Shown here: piece by piece, positions 39,158 through 49,659 of the stretch
Numbering within the stretch: position 1 is the first letter of the stretch
Layout: each line of letters opens with the position of its first letter
DNA from: Candidatus Woesebacteria bacterium
Lineage (GTDB): Bacteria > Patescibacteriota > Microgenomatia > UBA8517
Direction of reading: 5' to 3'
DNA length: 64,000 bases
Assembly (NCBI GenBank): GCA_016700095.1
Contig: CP065002.1
Location: 112,463 to 176,462 of the forward strand
Translations under genes and position numbers: made by a program
The notes under the pieces: generated by a model
Databases searched by the model: none
Seen by the model: only the letters and a program-made list of their open reading frames with translations
Told to the model about the DNA's origin: nothing

Positions 39158-39829
39158 TTAATCAATTCTATAACCAAATCCTCTTAAGGTTTTAATCATT
39201 GGTTTCATATTCGGAAATTTCTTGTCAATTTTGTTTCTTAAATATCCGACATAAACTTCGACAGTGTTTGGTAATACATCGGCATCGAAATTCCAAACAT
39301 TCTGAATAATTTGGTTTTTCGTTACTATTGCGCCTTTGTTTCTCAATAAATAATTAAGCAGTGCGAATTCCTTCTTTGACAATTTAATGCTTTTCCCGTT
39401 TCGTTTTACTTTATAAGTAACCGTATCAAGACTAAGGTTGTTTGCCGTTAGTACAAGTCCGGTACTTTGAGAGGGCCGTCTTGACAGCGCTTTGATCCGT
39501 GCCAGCAATTCTTCAAAGGCAAACGGCTTGGAAAGATAATCATCGGCACCCAGATTCAAGCCCTCAACTTTATTGTCAATTTCCGCTTTGGCTGTAAGCA
39601 TGAGTATTGGGGTATTAACTTTTTCCTTTCTTAACTTAGAACATACTTGCATACCATCCATTCCGGGGAGCATTAAATCAAGCAAGATCACATCGTAATT
39701 TTCACTTCCCGCCATGTCGTAACCAGTTAAACCATCCAGTGCAATATCGACTGCATAAGATTCTTGTTGAAGACCTTTTTTTAGCGAGTTAGCAATTTTG
39801 GCTTCATCTTCAATTATTAGTATTTTCAC
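39158..39829 (-). CDS. OmpR-family response regulator
   Basis: Receiver domain (D..DLMLPGMDG) plus winged-helix trans_reg_C. Confidence 0.9.
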   Translation of the reverse strand: MKILIIEDEAKIANSLKKGLQQESYAVDIALDGLTGYDMAGSENYDVILLDLMLPGMDGMQVCSKLRKEKVNTPILMLTAKAEIDNKVEGLNLGADDYLSKPFAFEELLARIKALSRRPSQSTGLVLTANNLSLDTVTYKVKRNGKSIKLSKKEFALLNYLLRNKGAIVTKNQIIQNVWNFDADVLPNTVEVYVGYLRNKIDKKFPNMKPMIKTLRGFGYRID

Positions 39830-39867
39830 TCCATAATTATACTTTTTTTGTTATCGATTTGCTGAAG

Positions 39868-40986
39868 TTAGTGTGAATTTAAACTGTTTGCTATAAACGC
39901 ATGAACGGGATTCCACTTGTCCGCGCCTTCTTTCGGGATCAGAATGTAAGCCCCCGCTTCACTGGTTGTATTGGAAAAAACATTGTCTGTGGTTAGATTA
40001 ATACTGTTAATTTCATACTCATCAGTATTACCGACAACGTTAATTAAATCCGTTACTCCCGCGAAATCAAAATCAGTTCTTATAATACTTCCAATTGTAT
40101 TTACAAATTCCATTGGGTTGTTTAATGCTCCAAGTGCTAATAATTTGTTTTTTGTAGCAACCAAGATTGCTTGTTGTCTAATACTGCGAGCAAAGTCTCC
40201 ACCGTGTTGGTCGGAGTGTCTGGATCTGACAAACTTCAGAGCCGTTTGGCCATCCATATGGCTTGTGCCTTTTTCAAAATGTAAATGTTCATATCTGCAT
40301 GTAAATTGTTTTTCCAGATCGAAACCCGAGAAATCAACATGAAATTTATCAATTTCTTCAGGAGAAAATCCGCATGTTTCGTTTTCTAAGCCCTTTATGG
40401 GATAAAAATAATCGTCAAAATCAACCGGTATCTCAACCTCTATCCCGTCTAAAAGATCGATTGCCTGAGAAAATTTGGCAAAATCTACCGATACAAAATA
40501 ATCTACAGGAATACCCGTTACAGTGGTAACTGCATATTTTGCCATTTCACCGCCACCCAGTTCACCTTGGTATTGCGGTTGTTTTAAACCATATTGAGAA
40601 TCATCTAAGCCAATCGCGTGTGCCATGTTTATTTTAAAATGTTGCGATAAATCAGATCTAACTGGCAAATTAACCCATAGATCACGGGGTATAGAGATTA
40701 GTGCAACCTGTTTGGATGCATAATCCAACCGAACCAGCATTAACACATCAGACAAGGTGCCTCCATCATGTCCTGCCCCTCCATAACCAAGCAAAAGTAC
40801 ACTTATCACACTTTCGGTTTTGGGAGTGGGGATGGGTTTTGATGGAAAATTATTGGTTTCCTGAAAGGTATTTTTTTTCGAGAAGACGTTGGTAAAACCC
40901 AAAGTGGTGTAAGAAACTGCGGCAGAGGCGAGAAAGAAAAATACAATCAACAAAGACGCTTTTGCTGTTTTGGGCATTTTAGACAT
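39868..40986 (-). CDS. LytR-CpsA-Psr (LCP) family protein
   Basis: VLLLGYGGAGHDGGTLSDVLMLVRLD...ISIPRDLWV LCP core; N-terminal TM. Confidence 0.8.
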   Translation of the reverse strand: MSKMPKTAKASLLIVFFFLASAAVSYTTLGFTNVFSKKNTFQETNNFPSKPIPTPKTESVISVLLLGYGGAGHDGGTLSDVLMLVRLDYASKQVALISIPRDLWVNLPVRSDLSQHFKINMAHAIGLDDSQYGLKQPQYQGELGGGEMAKYAVTTVTGIPVDYFVSVDFAKFSQAIDLLDGIEVEIPVDFDDYFYPIKGLENETCGFSPEEIDKFHVDFSGFDLEKQFTCRYEHLHFEKGTSHMDGQTALKFVRSRHSDQHGGDFARSIRQQAILVATKNKLLALGALNNPMEFVNTIGSIIRTDFDFAGVTDLINVVGNTDEYEINSINLTTDNVFSNTTSEAGAYILIPKEGADKWNPVHAFIANSLNSH

Positions 40987-41014
40987 GGTTTAAGTTTAAC
41001 ACGCGGGGCAAAGA

Positions 41015-42169
41015 TTACTGCTGTAATTTTTCCATTAAGATAGAATAAAATCTCAAATTGTGTATTGTCGAAAGCCTTAGAGCTGACTGCTCTTTGATTC
41101 TAAATAGGTGTGCAAGGTAACTCCTTGAATATTTGGTGCACAAAAGACAATCGCATGCGGTACTTACCGGAGACAGATCTTTAAAATGTTTTTCTTTGTC
41201 GGGAACGTAGTAAGAATAAAAATTCTCAGCGTGAACGTCGATATTGTTAATCGTATCTGCGTTATAAACGTACAGTCTTTTGTGTCGCGCATCTCGAGTG
41301 GGGAGAACACAATCAAAAATCTGATATCCAAGCTTTACGCAACCTACAATTTCATCGGGTTTGCCGACACCCAGCCCGTAGAGCAAATAGTTTTCGGGTG
41401 CGTTTTCGGCGATTACTTTTGCGACTTGGTAATTAAAATTGTTGTCTTTGTCGATTGGCCAACCACCGTAACCTAAACCATCAAAACCGATCTCGACAAG
41501 CCTTTGCGTACATTCTTTTCTAAGGTCGAGAAATTCACCCCCCTGAACAACGGCCAGTAAGTAAGGTTTGTTGTCTTCCGACAATTTCAATCTTGTGCAT
41601 TGCCTGTCGAATTCGTCTTTGCTTTTTTTTGCCCAGAGAATAGTTCTTTCGACCGTTTCTCTGGCTGACTTTTCAGTTGCTTCAGGATCGGTGAAATCGT
41701 CAAGTACAACCGCCATGTCGGGTTTGATTAACATTTGAAATTGAATTGATTTCTCAGGAGTAAATAGCACCTTTTTGTTTCTTGAGAGACGAAAAGTTAC
41801 CCCAATATCTGTAACCGCCTTTTTTTTGCTATCTTTTTTTGCAATGCTCATTACCTGGAAACCGCCGGAATCGGAAATTAGACCACCATTCCAATTCATA
41901 AACTCGCGGACACCGTTTACTTTTTTAAAAATATCTTTGCCCAGTTCCCGATATAAGTGCCAGGTGTTTACCAAAATTCCCGGGGTATGGGTGTTTGCAA
42001 TATCAGTTTGGTCAAGTGTTCGAATTACGGCACGTGTAGCATCGGGGAAGAATACAGGTAGTCTAATATTTTTCTCCTTGGATTTAAAAAATTCATGTTT
42101 CATTGTGCTAAGTATAACAACAACGCTCGGATATTTCTTGTTTGTAAAATAAAATGCTATACTTGTCAA
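41015..42169 (-). CDS. tgt: tRNA-guanine transglycosylase (queuine tRNA-ribosyltransferase)
   Basis: TGT TIM-barrel motifs (LVNTWHLY, DSGGFQ, LGYGG) and C-terminal CxCxxC..H zinc site. Confidence 0.8.
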   Translation of the reverse strand: MTSIAFYFTNKKYPSVVVILSTMKHEFFKSKEKNIRLPVFFPDATRAVIRTLDQTDIANTHTPGILVNTWHLYRELGKDIFKKVNGVREFMNWNGGLISDSGGFQVMSIAKKDSKKKAVTDIGVTFRLSRNKKVLFTPEKSIQFQMLIKPDMAVVLDDFTDPEATEKSARETVERTILWAKKSKDEFDRQCTRLKLSEDNKPYLLAVVQGGEFLDLRKECTQRLVEIGFDGLGYGGWPIDKDNNFNYQVAKVIAENAPENYLLYGLGVGKPDEIVGCVKLGYQIFDCVLPTRDARHKRLYVYNADTINNIDVHAENFYSYYVPDKEKHFKDLSPVSTACDCLLCTKYSRSYLAHLFRIKEQSALRLSTIHNLRFYSILMEKLQQ

Positions 42170-42248
42170 AGTTCTTTTGATACTTCATTGGTTAGGTTTC
42201 CTAAAGATGCAAGTTCCCAATAGAGCAGTTTTGCGGAGGTGAGTAAAT

Positions 42249-42509
42249 TTGAGTAAATTATACGTAGGTAATCTTGATTACAATGTAACTGGCGATCAGC
42301 TTAGAGATCTTTTTGCTACAGCAGGAAAGATACTTGATGCCGTAGTTATCACAGATAAATATTCCGGAAGAAGTAAAGGTTTTGGTTTTGTGGAATTCGA
42401 AAATGACGAAGAGGCCAAAAAAGCAATTGAAATGTTTAATGGTAAAGACTTCCAGGGAAGAAACTTGGTTGTAAACGAAGCTCGTCCTAAAGAGCCTAGA
42501 GAAAACTAA
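42249..42509 (+). CDS. RRM-type RNA-binding protein
   Basis: RNP-2 LYVGNL and RNP-1 KGFGFVEF. Confidence 0.85.
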   Translation: MSKLYVGNLDYNVTGDQLRDLFATAGKILDAVVITDKYSGRSKGFGFVEFENDEEAKKAIEMFNGKDFQGRNLVVNEARPKEPREN

Positions 42510-42650
42510 TAGTTTCCAGATTATTGCTACAAAACACACTCCTTACTTGTCTTTTGGCAAATACGGTTTTGTGTTTTGTAGCATAATATCTGATCTTCTT
42601 TGTTCTTCAAACGTTTGCCTTAAACTACACATAAGATTATTATTAACTCA

Positions 42651-43172
42651 GTGAGAGACAAGTCTATTCCAACAAAAGCTGCTTTTTTGCGTGACTGTGT
42701 ATTTGCGGCAAATGATGGAATAATCACAACCTTTGCAATTGTTGCAGGAGCACAAGGCGCTTCTTTTTCAACTTCCGTTATCTTGATTATGGGAATTGCC
42801 AATTTATTGGCTGATGGCATTTCAATGGGGGCAGGAAACTATTTAGGAGTTAAATCGGAAAAACAGTATAGAGCTGCCAACGGAGACGACGACGATGATA
42901 ATGGTACTCCTTTTGTTCATGGCTTAATTACACTCTCGTCCTTTGTGATAATTGGTTTAATTCCGTTAATCTCTTTTTTACTTCACTTGACTAACGCTTT
43001 CGAGATTTCAATTGTTATGGTTTTTATTGCACTGTTTACAACCGGATATATAAGGGGGAAGTATGCCAATAAACACAGTCTACAAGCTGCCATGGAGACT
43101 TTGTTGGTGGGTGGATTTGCGGCGCTTACAGCGTATGGCATCGGATTTTTGCTCGATCATTTCGTAGTATAG
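42651..43172 (+). CDS. VIT1/CCC1 family membrane protein
   Basis: AANDGIITTFAIVAGAQGA signature. Confidence 0.55.
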   Translation: MRDKSIPTKAAFLRDCVFAANDGIITTFAIVAGAQGASFSTSVILIMGIANLLADGISMGAGNYLGVKSEKQYRAANGDDDDDNGTPFVHGLITLSSFVIIGLIPLISFLLHLTNAFEISIVMVFIALFTTGYIRGKYANKHSLQAAMETLLVGGFAALTAYGIGFLLDHFVV

Positions 43173-43178
43173 GGATGG

Positions 43179-43376
43179 TTGGAGGTGATTAAAATGAAGG
43201 TATCAAAAAAAGACATGCGGGTGATTGCACAAATGTTAATGGGTGGAGCAATAGTCGCGGTTTTGTTGTCGGGTCTTGGATATCTCGGAACCGACATCTG
43301 GCTGGCTTCGACGCAATGGTTATTGGTAGCAGCTGTTCTTGCTCTTTTTGGTGTGTATTTGAGGATGGATAGATAA
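43179..43376 (+). CDS. Small membrane protein
   Basis: 65-aa ORF with 2 hydrophobic helices. Confidence 0.3.
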   Translation: MEVIKMKVSKKDMRVIAQMLMGGAIVAVLLSGLGYLGTDIWLASTQWLLVAAVLALFGVYLRMDR

Positions 43377-43485
43377 AGTGAGATGAAAACACGAATAGTG
43401 AGTAAGTAGCGAGTCTACATAATGTGAGAAGGTGGCGTAGTTTGATATTGCTAATCCTAATAACTAACAATGGAAGTTAGTGTAG

Positions 43486-43785
43486 TTACAGACCCGGGAC
43501 GCTAAACGTGAGAAGATTGACCCCGAGTGCTTGACCGATAAACTGCATAACCGTCCAAGAGAGAAAAACTATCAATAAACCGACAAACGCACTTTTTAAT
43601 TGACCCTTGGCTGCTTCTATTTTTTCTTTGTTACCCATTGATAGCATCCATCTTATTCCACCCGTTAGAAACATAAAAAAGAATAAAACAACTGCAAGAA
43701 CAAAAATAATTGTAATTAGGTACTGAACAATGGGGGATATTTCAACGTTTTGCAAATTTTCAAATCCTTGAGGAGTATCTAACAT
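43486..43785 (-). CDS. Small 2-TM membrane protein; TrbC/VirB2-pilin-like topology (speculative)
   Basis: 99 aa: leader, hydrophobic helix, polar loop (GNKEKIEAAKGQLK), second helix. Immediately downstream of the 659-aa orphan. Confidence 0.4.
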   Translation of the reverse strand: MLDTPQGFENLQNVEISPIVQYLITIIFVLAVVLFFFMFLTGGIRWMLSMGNKEKIEAAKGQLKSAFVGLLIVFLSWTVMQFIGQALGVNLLTFSVPGL

Positions 43786-43907
43786 GTTTTAAGTATAAAA
43801 CGAATTTTAAGTGATTGTAAATTAGGGAATTTGAAATCTTTGTTTGGAAAGCAATAATATTTTGAATTATGCGTAAAATAAAGCGAATCTAGTAGAATTG
43901 GTGTCTT

Positions 43908-45887
43908 TCAAGCCAAGTAACCGTTTACAATAGTTTGTTGTTGAGATAAATCTACTGCCGCAAAGAATTTTAGTAAAACATCTTCACCATTTTTTTTACT
44001 ACGTAGTTTGTCGACAAACCTCCAAAGTTTATCGACCCATTCGCGTCCCCCCTCCGTCCTAAGTGTTGCACTGTATTCGCCCATCATGGCACTTGGAAAT
44101 TCAATATCTTCAGGTTTTCCTTGTACCATTTGTTTACGAATAACTTTTGCAATTGGTTCTTTTAAAACATCTCTCCTGTGTGCATGCGATTGAATTACTT
44201 GGGCTAATCGCATAAGTTCATTACTTTGCCCCTGTGCTATGCGGCGGCTACTTGAAAAAGCGTCTTGTGTGGGGATTTCGTGAAGAGCGTGTTTGTGTCC
44301 ATTGTGTTTGTTTGTTAAGACTGAGTCGTAATGCGCATTTGCCGTTACCGATAATTGTCTATAGCCGGAATAAAAATTATCTCGTTCAATTTTTCGTGTT
44401 GTGTCAGAAACATATGCCGCACTTGCAAGATTACCAAAAGATTTGCCCAGAAAACTATTACGTACACTTGTGGAAGTTGTGATTCCTGAGGCTACTTTTG
44501 CAGGCTGGAACGGATGGTTTTCGTTTCCTTCATTTATTGCTTTCAAAGCCGCTTTTCTTGCATATAGAAGATATTGTGGGTTTCTGAGTAAATTATCTCG
44601 TGCTATCGCATCACCAGGTAAATCGTCGAAAAAGAAAACACTAGTAGAATTAACATACTGCTCTTTAATAACTGAACGCTGGTGATTATTAAGTAACTTT
44701 ATTAATATACTTGCCCCATCTTCCTCTATTGTTTGCGGTGTTATTTCATCAATAGCTCTGACTATTACACTTTGTGTGCGATCTCTAATATCCTCAAGTC
44801 TTTCTCCTTCTGCATTTACTAATTCCTGACGCAGAGCTGTCAAATTGCCGTGTTGTTGTGTGTCTGCAAATAACTTGGAAAGAATTCCAATTTCTGTTGG
44901 CGATAAAGGTTTTCGTAGAATATAATTACTAATTGATTTTCTAAGCTGATCAGGATTAAGACTGCGTATTTTATTTTCAAGTTGTCTTTGTAGATAGTCA
45001 GGGTCGTCTAGATTGACTCCTGCAATCTCAAATGCTTTAGCAATTTGCGTCCATTGGACACCATCTTCACTAGCACCAACAATTCTTTTATCGAGTTTGT
45101 AAATCAATAATTCATGATCACTATCCATTCTCATCTTTTCACTAAAGTGTTCACCTTCTGTTATTGCGATCTGATTTTGACAATATTCAAAACTTGCACA
45201 ACAACTACTTACCAGTGAGGTTGTTTTTGAGTCAACAGATAATTGCATGGCGTCAAATGCAGAATGAAGCCTGGCAACTTGACCCATCGACATTCTGACA
45301 ATGTGTTTTCCAGATTGATTTTTTTCAATTAAGTAGCCAATTGCGTGTTCAAAATCAGATTCACTTACAGGTTTCGTCCGGGGTGTGATTCCAATTTTTT
45401 CCGAAAAGATTCTCAGTTGTATCAGTTGAGCGTCGCGTACTTTGTCTATAATTGCCGCTGATTCGTTGACACCTTCACTTTTCATTCTGTACCACGTTTC
45501 TCGGTTTCTTGAAATTTGGAGTGACTCATTTCTTGTAAATGGATTTGCAGCATCATGGAGCCAATGTATTGTTTCTTCGACTCTTGTTTCGATGTCAGGG
45601 GTATGATTACTAGTAAGTATTCCGGGTTCAAAACCAACATGACCAACGGTTTTTCTTTCTCTTTGAACGACTTGGAAAAATCCGCTTCCCATGGGAATTC
45701 TTTCACTTATCTCTAAAGGCAATTCTCGGTTTGCCCTTAGAACGAAGTTGTCGCTTAACCTTAAATGTTGTGTAATATTTTGCACTGTATGATGCAAGGG
45801 GTGATCGGGAGAAGTTATGGGACCTTTGAAATCTCTTGCATTTAGTTCTATTTCGCGTTTTTTTTCATACGTTAGAGTTTCATCCAT
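43908..45887 (-). CDS. Large (659 aa) soluble hypothetical protein, no recognisable domain
   Basis: Long uninterrupted ORF, no TM segments and no catalytic motif recognised. Confidence 0.6.
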   Translation of the reverse strand: MDETLTYEKKREIELNARDFKGPITSPDHPLHHTVQNITQHLRLSDNFVLRANRELPLEISERIPMGSGFFQVVQRERKTVGHVGFEPGILTSNHTPDIETRVEETIHWLHDAANPFTRNESLQISRNRETWYRMKSEGVNESAAIIDKVRDAQLIQLRIFSEKIGITPRTKPVSESDFEHAIGYLIEKNQSGKHIVRMSMGQVARLHSAFDAMQLSVDSKTTSLVSSCCASFEYCQNQIAITEGEHFSEKMRMDSDHELLIYKLDKRIVGASEDGVQWTQIAKAFEIAGVNLDDPDYLQRQLENKIRSLNPDQLRKSISNYILRKPLSPTEIGILSKLFADTQQHGNLTALRQELVNAEGERLEDIRDRTQSVIVRAIDEITPQTIEEDGASILIKLLNNHQRSVIKEQYVNSTSVFFFDDLPGDAIARDNLLRNPQYLLYARKAALKAINEGNENHPFQPAKVASGITTSTSVRNSFLGKSFGNLASAAYVSDTTRKIERDNFYSGYRQLSVTANAHYDSVLTNKHNGHKHALHEIPTQDAFSSSRRIAQGQSNELMRLAQVIQSHAHRRDVLKEPIAKVIRKQMVQGKPEDIEFPSAMMGEYSATLRTEGGREWVDKLWRFVDKLRSKKNGEDVLLKFFAAVDLSQQQTIVNGYLA

Positions 45888-46071
45888 GGTGTTTAATAGA
45901 GCGCAAAGCGTTCATAGTTACAAAAAATATATTTTAAAGCATTATTGTTTAAAAGTTATCGAGAGAATTAGAATAATCACTTTGAATAGTAACATTAACA
46001 AAATAATTTATATAGCAATAATAAAACGAAACTTTTTTTAAATCATTCTTTGGTCTACTATAGTATTAGTA

Positions 46072-46809
46072 ATGACAAGCAAAATATTTCTCTCTCTTTT
46101 TTTAGCAGTTTTAGCTTTTTCAATTTCCAGCAAACTTGCCATGGCTTCAATTGTTGTTGTCGAGTCGTCGGGAGAATTGATTGTAAACGTTTTATCGTTG
46201 GAAGACGAAAGCGGTTTGGAAATTCCCGTAAGTGAACAAGTCACTGTGACAAGTACAGCTTCGTCAAATCAGAAATCCGACTCTACGGTAACCTTAACCA
46301 AAGAAAACGGTCTAATTGTTCTTAATGTCGAGACCGATGGAGCCAGTCATAAAATGGACGTTTCGGATTATCGGGACGAAGTTGTAAAAATCGAGGAACG
46401 ACCTCAAGTAAATAAAATGTCAATATTTATCAAAGAAAATAAATTTAACATCGAAGAATCGGGTGTCAGGGCTACGACCGATTATGAAATTACGGTTGAT
46501 CCGGCAAGCGCAAGATTAATGCTTAATGCCCCAAGTGGAAAGCGGTTTTTATCCGTTAATCCCAAAGAAGCAACACAGACTTTGCTTCGGGCAAAAACGT
46601 TAACTAAGTACGACAACGACGGCGTGACGATAGAAGAAATACCGGGAGGAGATCTCGCCTACAAGATTGCTGGTGCCAAAGAAATTAATGTGTTTAATTT
46701 TTATACATACCCCGTTAGTATTACGGCAAGTGTTTCGGCGCTTACGGGCGAAATAGTTGCCGTGGATCAACCTTCGTGGTTTAGAGTTATCGGATTTTTG
46801 TTTTCTTAA
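46072..46809 (+). CDS. Secreted hypothetical protein (signal peptide)
   Basis: MTSKIFLSLFLAVLAFSISSKLAMA signal peptide. Confidence 0.5.
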   Translation: MTSKIFLSLFLAVLAFSISSKLAMASIVVVESSGELIVNVLSLEDESGLEIPVSEQVTVTSTASSNQKSDSTVTLTKENGLIVLNVETDGASHKMDVSDYRDEVVKIEERPQVNKMSIFIKENKFNIEESGVRATTDYEITVDPASARLMLNAPSGKRFLSVNPKEATQTLLRAKTLTKYDNDGVTIEEIPGGDLAYKIAGAKEINVFNFYTYPVSITASVSALTGEIVAVDQPSWFRVIGFLFS

Positions 46810-46840
46810 CCGTCTCAACTTAGGGCTTATTCTCGTTAAG

Positions 46841-46874
46841 TCTAAAACCACTGATTTCAATCAGTGGTTTTAGA
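46841..46874. repeat. Perfect inverted repeat (16-bp arms, 2-nt spacer); putative terminator or protein-binding palindrome
   Basis: TCTAAAACCACTGATT-TC-AATCAGTGGTTTTAGA, 30 nt after the stop of the 46072 gene. No clear downstream U-tract. Confidence 0.4.
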
Positions 46875-47160
46875 TCGAATCCTTATTGAGAAGACGGATA
46901 CTACCGACTTTTGTCGGTAGAGGACGTCATTCATTTATATTAAAGCGTGCTTGACAATCACCGTCGGGTTTTACATACTTGCGATAAGTATGACAATAAA
47001 ACTGATTTATTTAATCGAATCATACTTCAACCAAACCCGAAGAAGTCAAGTATTGGTAACGAGAGCAAGTTGATAGCTTTTCATTTTGGTCAAAAAAGAA
47101 AGTACGGTTAATAATAACAATGATGCATAATATTCCTTATTGTAAATTTATTACTACTAC

Positions 47161-47880
47161 ATGGTTGAGATAACTTATCCGATCGCGTTAATGGCTGGAG
47201 TTGTATCCTTTTTGTCTCCGTGTGCTGTTGGTTTATTACCGACTTACATAGGTTATGTAACCGGGATTGCAATTGAAGATCTCAAAAAGAAAGGATATAA
47301 ACCATATCGCAAGAAAATGATTCTGGCTAGTCTGCTCTACACTTTGGGTTTCTCGACGGTTTTTGTATTGCTTGGTACAACCGCTGCCGGCTTAGGTGTA
47401 ATCTTTCGGCAATACAGTTTGCCGATACAGCAAATAGGAGGATTAATTATTATTTTTTTTGGACTCGAATTTTCTGGTCTGATTCGACTTCCATTTCTAT
47501 CAAAAACATATAAGTTTTCTCTTCCGACATGGGTTGAAAAAACACATTACGTCAAGTCGTTTTTGGTCGGTGTGATTTTTGCGACTGCATGGTCACCGTG
47601 TGTAGGAGTAGTTTTAGGGTCGATATTGGCTTTGGCTGCCACTACGCATCAGGCGTTAAGTGGGGCGATGCTATTATTTGTATATTCACTTGGTATTTCT
47701 ATACCGTTTTTGATTGTTACATTTACGTTAATTTCGGCACCGAAATATTTGAAAATATTTACAAAATATACTCATATCATTTCGATAATAGCAGGATCAA
47801 TACTTGTGATAGTTGGGCTAATGCTTGTCACTAATACTTATCGGTATTTAAATACTTATGTGTCCAATTTATTAAACTAA
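47161..47880 (+). CDS. ccdA: Cytochrome c-type biogenesis / thiol-disulfide transporter CcdA (DsbD family)
   Basis: SPCAVGLLP and second ..SPC.. motif; 6 TM. Confidence 0.8.
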   Translation: MVEITYPIALMAGVVSFLSPCAVGLLPTYIGYVTGIAIEDLKKKGYKPYRKKMILASLLYTLGFSTVFVLLGTTAAGLGVIFRQYSLPIQQIGGLIIIFFGLEFSGLIRLPFLSKTYKFSLPTWVEKTHYVKSFLVGVIFATAWSPCVGVVLGSILALAATTHQALSGAMLLFVYSLGISIPFLIVTFTLISAPKYLKIFTKYTHIISIIAGSILVIVGLMLVTNTYRYLNTYVSNLLN

Positions 47881-47976
47881 TAAATTTTCGAAAAAGGATA
47901 GATTATTTATAGTATGAAAAAAACTCCTCATTTAGTAGAATAAAGATATCGCTAAAGTATTTGATAAAAAAAGGAG

Positions 47977-48228
47977 GTGGTACTAATGACAGTAACAGTT
48001 TATTCAACAATGACATGTCCGTATTGCAAAATGCTAATGGATTATTTGGATGAAAAACAAATTCACTATACCAAAAAATTAGTCGACCAGGATGAGGATG
48101 CCAAAAATGAAATGGCAAATATCTCCGGGGGTTTTTTGGGTGTTCCTTATACGGTAGTCGACAAGGATGGTTTGGTAGAAAAAGTGGTTGGTTTTGATAA
48201 AAACAAATTAGATGAAATCTTAAAATAA
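47977..48228 (+). CDS. Glutaredoxin-like protein (NrdH/YruB type)
   Basis: CPYC active site in a thioredoxin fold of 83 aa. Confidence 0.7.
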   Translation: MVLMTVTVYSTMTCPYCKMLMDYLDEKQIHYTKKLVDQDEDAKNEMANISGGFLGVPYTVVDKDGLVEKVVGFDKNKLDEILK

Positions 48229-48229
48229 T

Positions 48230-48898
48230 ATGATTTTTGTAAACTACAAAACCTATAGCAAGGGAAGCGGACTAAGTGCTGTGTCATTAACAAAAATTCT
48301 TGAAGAGGTTTCAAGAAGTGAACACATAAAAATTATTCCTGTTGTTCAAGCGATTGATGCTGAATTAGTGATTGACAGTACGCGGTTGGATGTTTGGGTA
48401 CAACACATTGACCCGATTAGTTATGGAGCTCATACCGGTTGGACTTTACCGGAAGAAGTTGTCCGCATCGGGATAAAAGGAGTATTTTTGAATCATTCGG
48501 AACATAAATTTGCCGATTGGGAAAGTCTGGTAAAAGCCAGGGCAAGATGCGAAGAGGTAAATTTATCTACATTGATTTTTGCCGAGGATACAGACGAATT
48601 AGTAAAGATAATAAATTTGAAACCCGATTTCGTTTCATATGAACCTCCCGAACTTGTAGGGAACGAAGAAACATCAGTAAGTGAAGCAAAACCGGAAGTA
48701 ATAGCTGAGGCTTCAAAAATCGCAAAAGCAAATAGTTTACCTTTAATCGTTGGAGCCGGTATCAAGTCAAAAAAAGACGTAACAACGGCGCTTGATTTGG
48801 GGGCTACAGGTATTGCCGTTGCAAGCGGTATTGTCAAATCGGAAGATCCAATGGCGAGTTTAATGGATTTGGTTGAAGGTTTTAAAAATAGCTCTTAG
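48230..48898 (+). CDS. tpiA: Triosephosphate isomerase, short archaeal-type
   Basis: 222 aa; NHSEHK, catalytic SYEPPELVG, C-terminal GAG..A.ASG phosphate loop. Confidence 0.7.
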   Translation: MIFVNYKTYSKGSGLSAVSLTKILEEVSRSEHIKIIPVVQAIDAELVIDSTRLDVWVQHIDPISYGAHTGWTLPEEVVRIGIKGVFLNHSEHKFADWESLVKARARCEEVNLSTLIFAEDTDELVKIINLKPDFVSYEPPELVGNEETSVSEAKPEVIAEASKIAKANSLPLIVGAGIKSKKDVTTALDLGATGIAVASGIVKSEDPMASLMDLVEGFKNSS

Positions 48899-48910
48899 AA
48901 ACACACCGGT

Positions 48911-49360
48911 ATGACAATCTATTTGGGAACAGATCACAGGGGTTACAAATTAAAAGAGAATATTTTTCAGTGGCTTGTTGATGGGGGACATTTGGTTGAA
49001 GACTATGGTGCATATGAACTAAATCCTGATGATGATTATACTTTGCATGCCGAAAAGGTTGCCTCAGTCGTCGCACGCGAGAAAGAAGCTTTTGGAATTC
49101 TTTTGTGTGGTTCTGGAGTCGGAATGGCAGTAGCTGCCAATAAGTTTGATAATATACGAGCATCGGTAGGCAAAGAAGTTGATCAGGTAAAAGCGGGCAG
49201 ATGTGATGATGACTTAAACATTTTGGTTATTGCGGCTGACTTCACAAGTGAAACGGAAGCTAAAGAAATGATAGAGACTTTTCTTCAAACACGGTTTGAT
49301 GGGGAGGTTAGACACGTAAGAAGATTGGAGGATATAAAAAGAATCGAGGCGAATAATTAA
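48911..49360 (+). CDS. rpiB: Ribose-5-phosphate isomerase B
   Basis: GTDHRG..., LLCGSGVGMAVAANK RpiB/LacAB signature. Confidence 0.85.
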   Translation: MTIYLGTDHRGYKLKENIFQWLVDGGHLVEDYGAYELNPDDDYTLHAEKVASVVAREKEAFGILLCGSGVGMAVAANKFDNIRASVGKEVDQVKAGRCDDDLNILVIAADFTSETEAKEMIETFLQTRFDGEVRHVRRLEDIKRIEANN

Positions 49361-49392
49361 AAAGAAATAACAAGCGTCCTTTTTTAAGTATG

Positions 49393-49659
49393 TTATTTTT
49401 GCACGAAGTCTTTAGGAGACATGCAAGTGCTTGCGGATGGACACCCACCACCAAACTTACATCCGCGCTTTCCCCATTCGTCAGATTGTGGATTTGTGTT
49501 AAATCTTCTCAATCTTGGTTCTAACAAATAAATTTCCTGCCTCATCTTAAACAAACTAGCCGGTGGAGAATAGTATGTAAAGAGCACACACCCATCGCAA
49601 GTTTTATGTTCCATGAAAGGTGTCATAGGATTTAGGTTAGTAAATTTCAACTTTATCAA
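49393..49659 (-). CDS. Cys-rich small hypothetical protein
   Basis: 88 aa with CDGC...C(x6)C(x5)C. Coding status uncertain. Confidence 0.3.
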   Translation of the reverse strand: MIKLKFTNLNPMTPFMEHKTCDGCVLFTYYSPPASLFKMRQEIYLLEPRLRRFNTNPQSDEWGKRGCKFGGGCPSASTCMSPKDFVQK

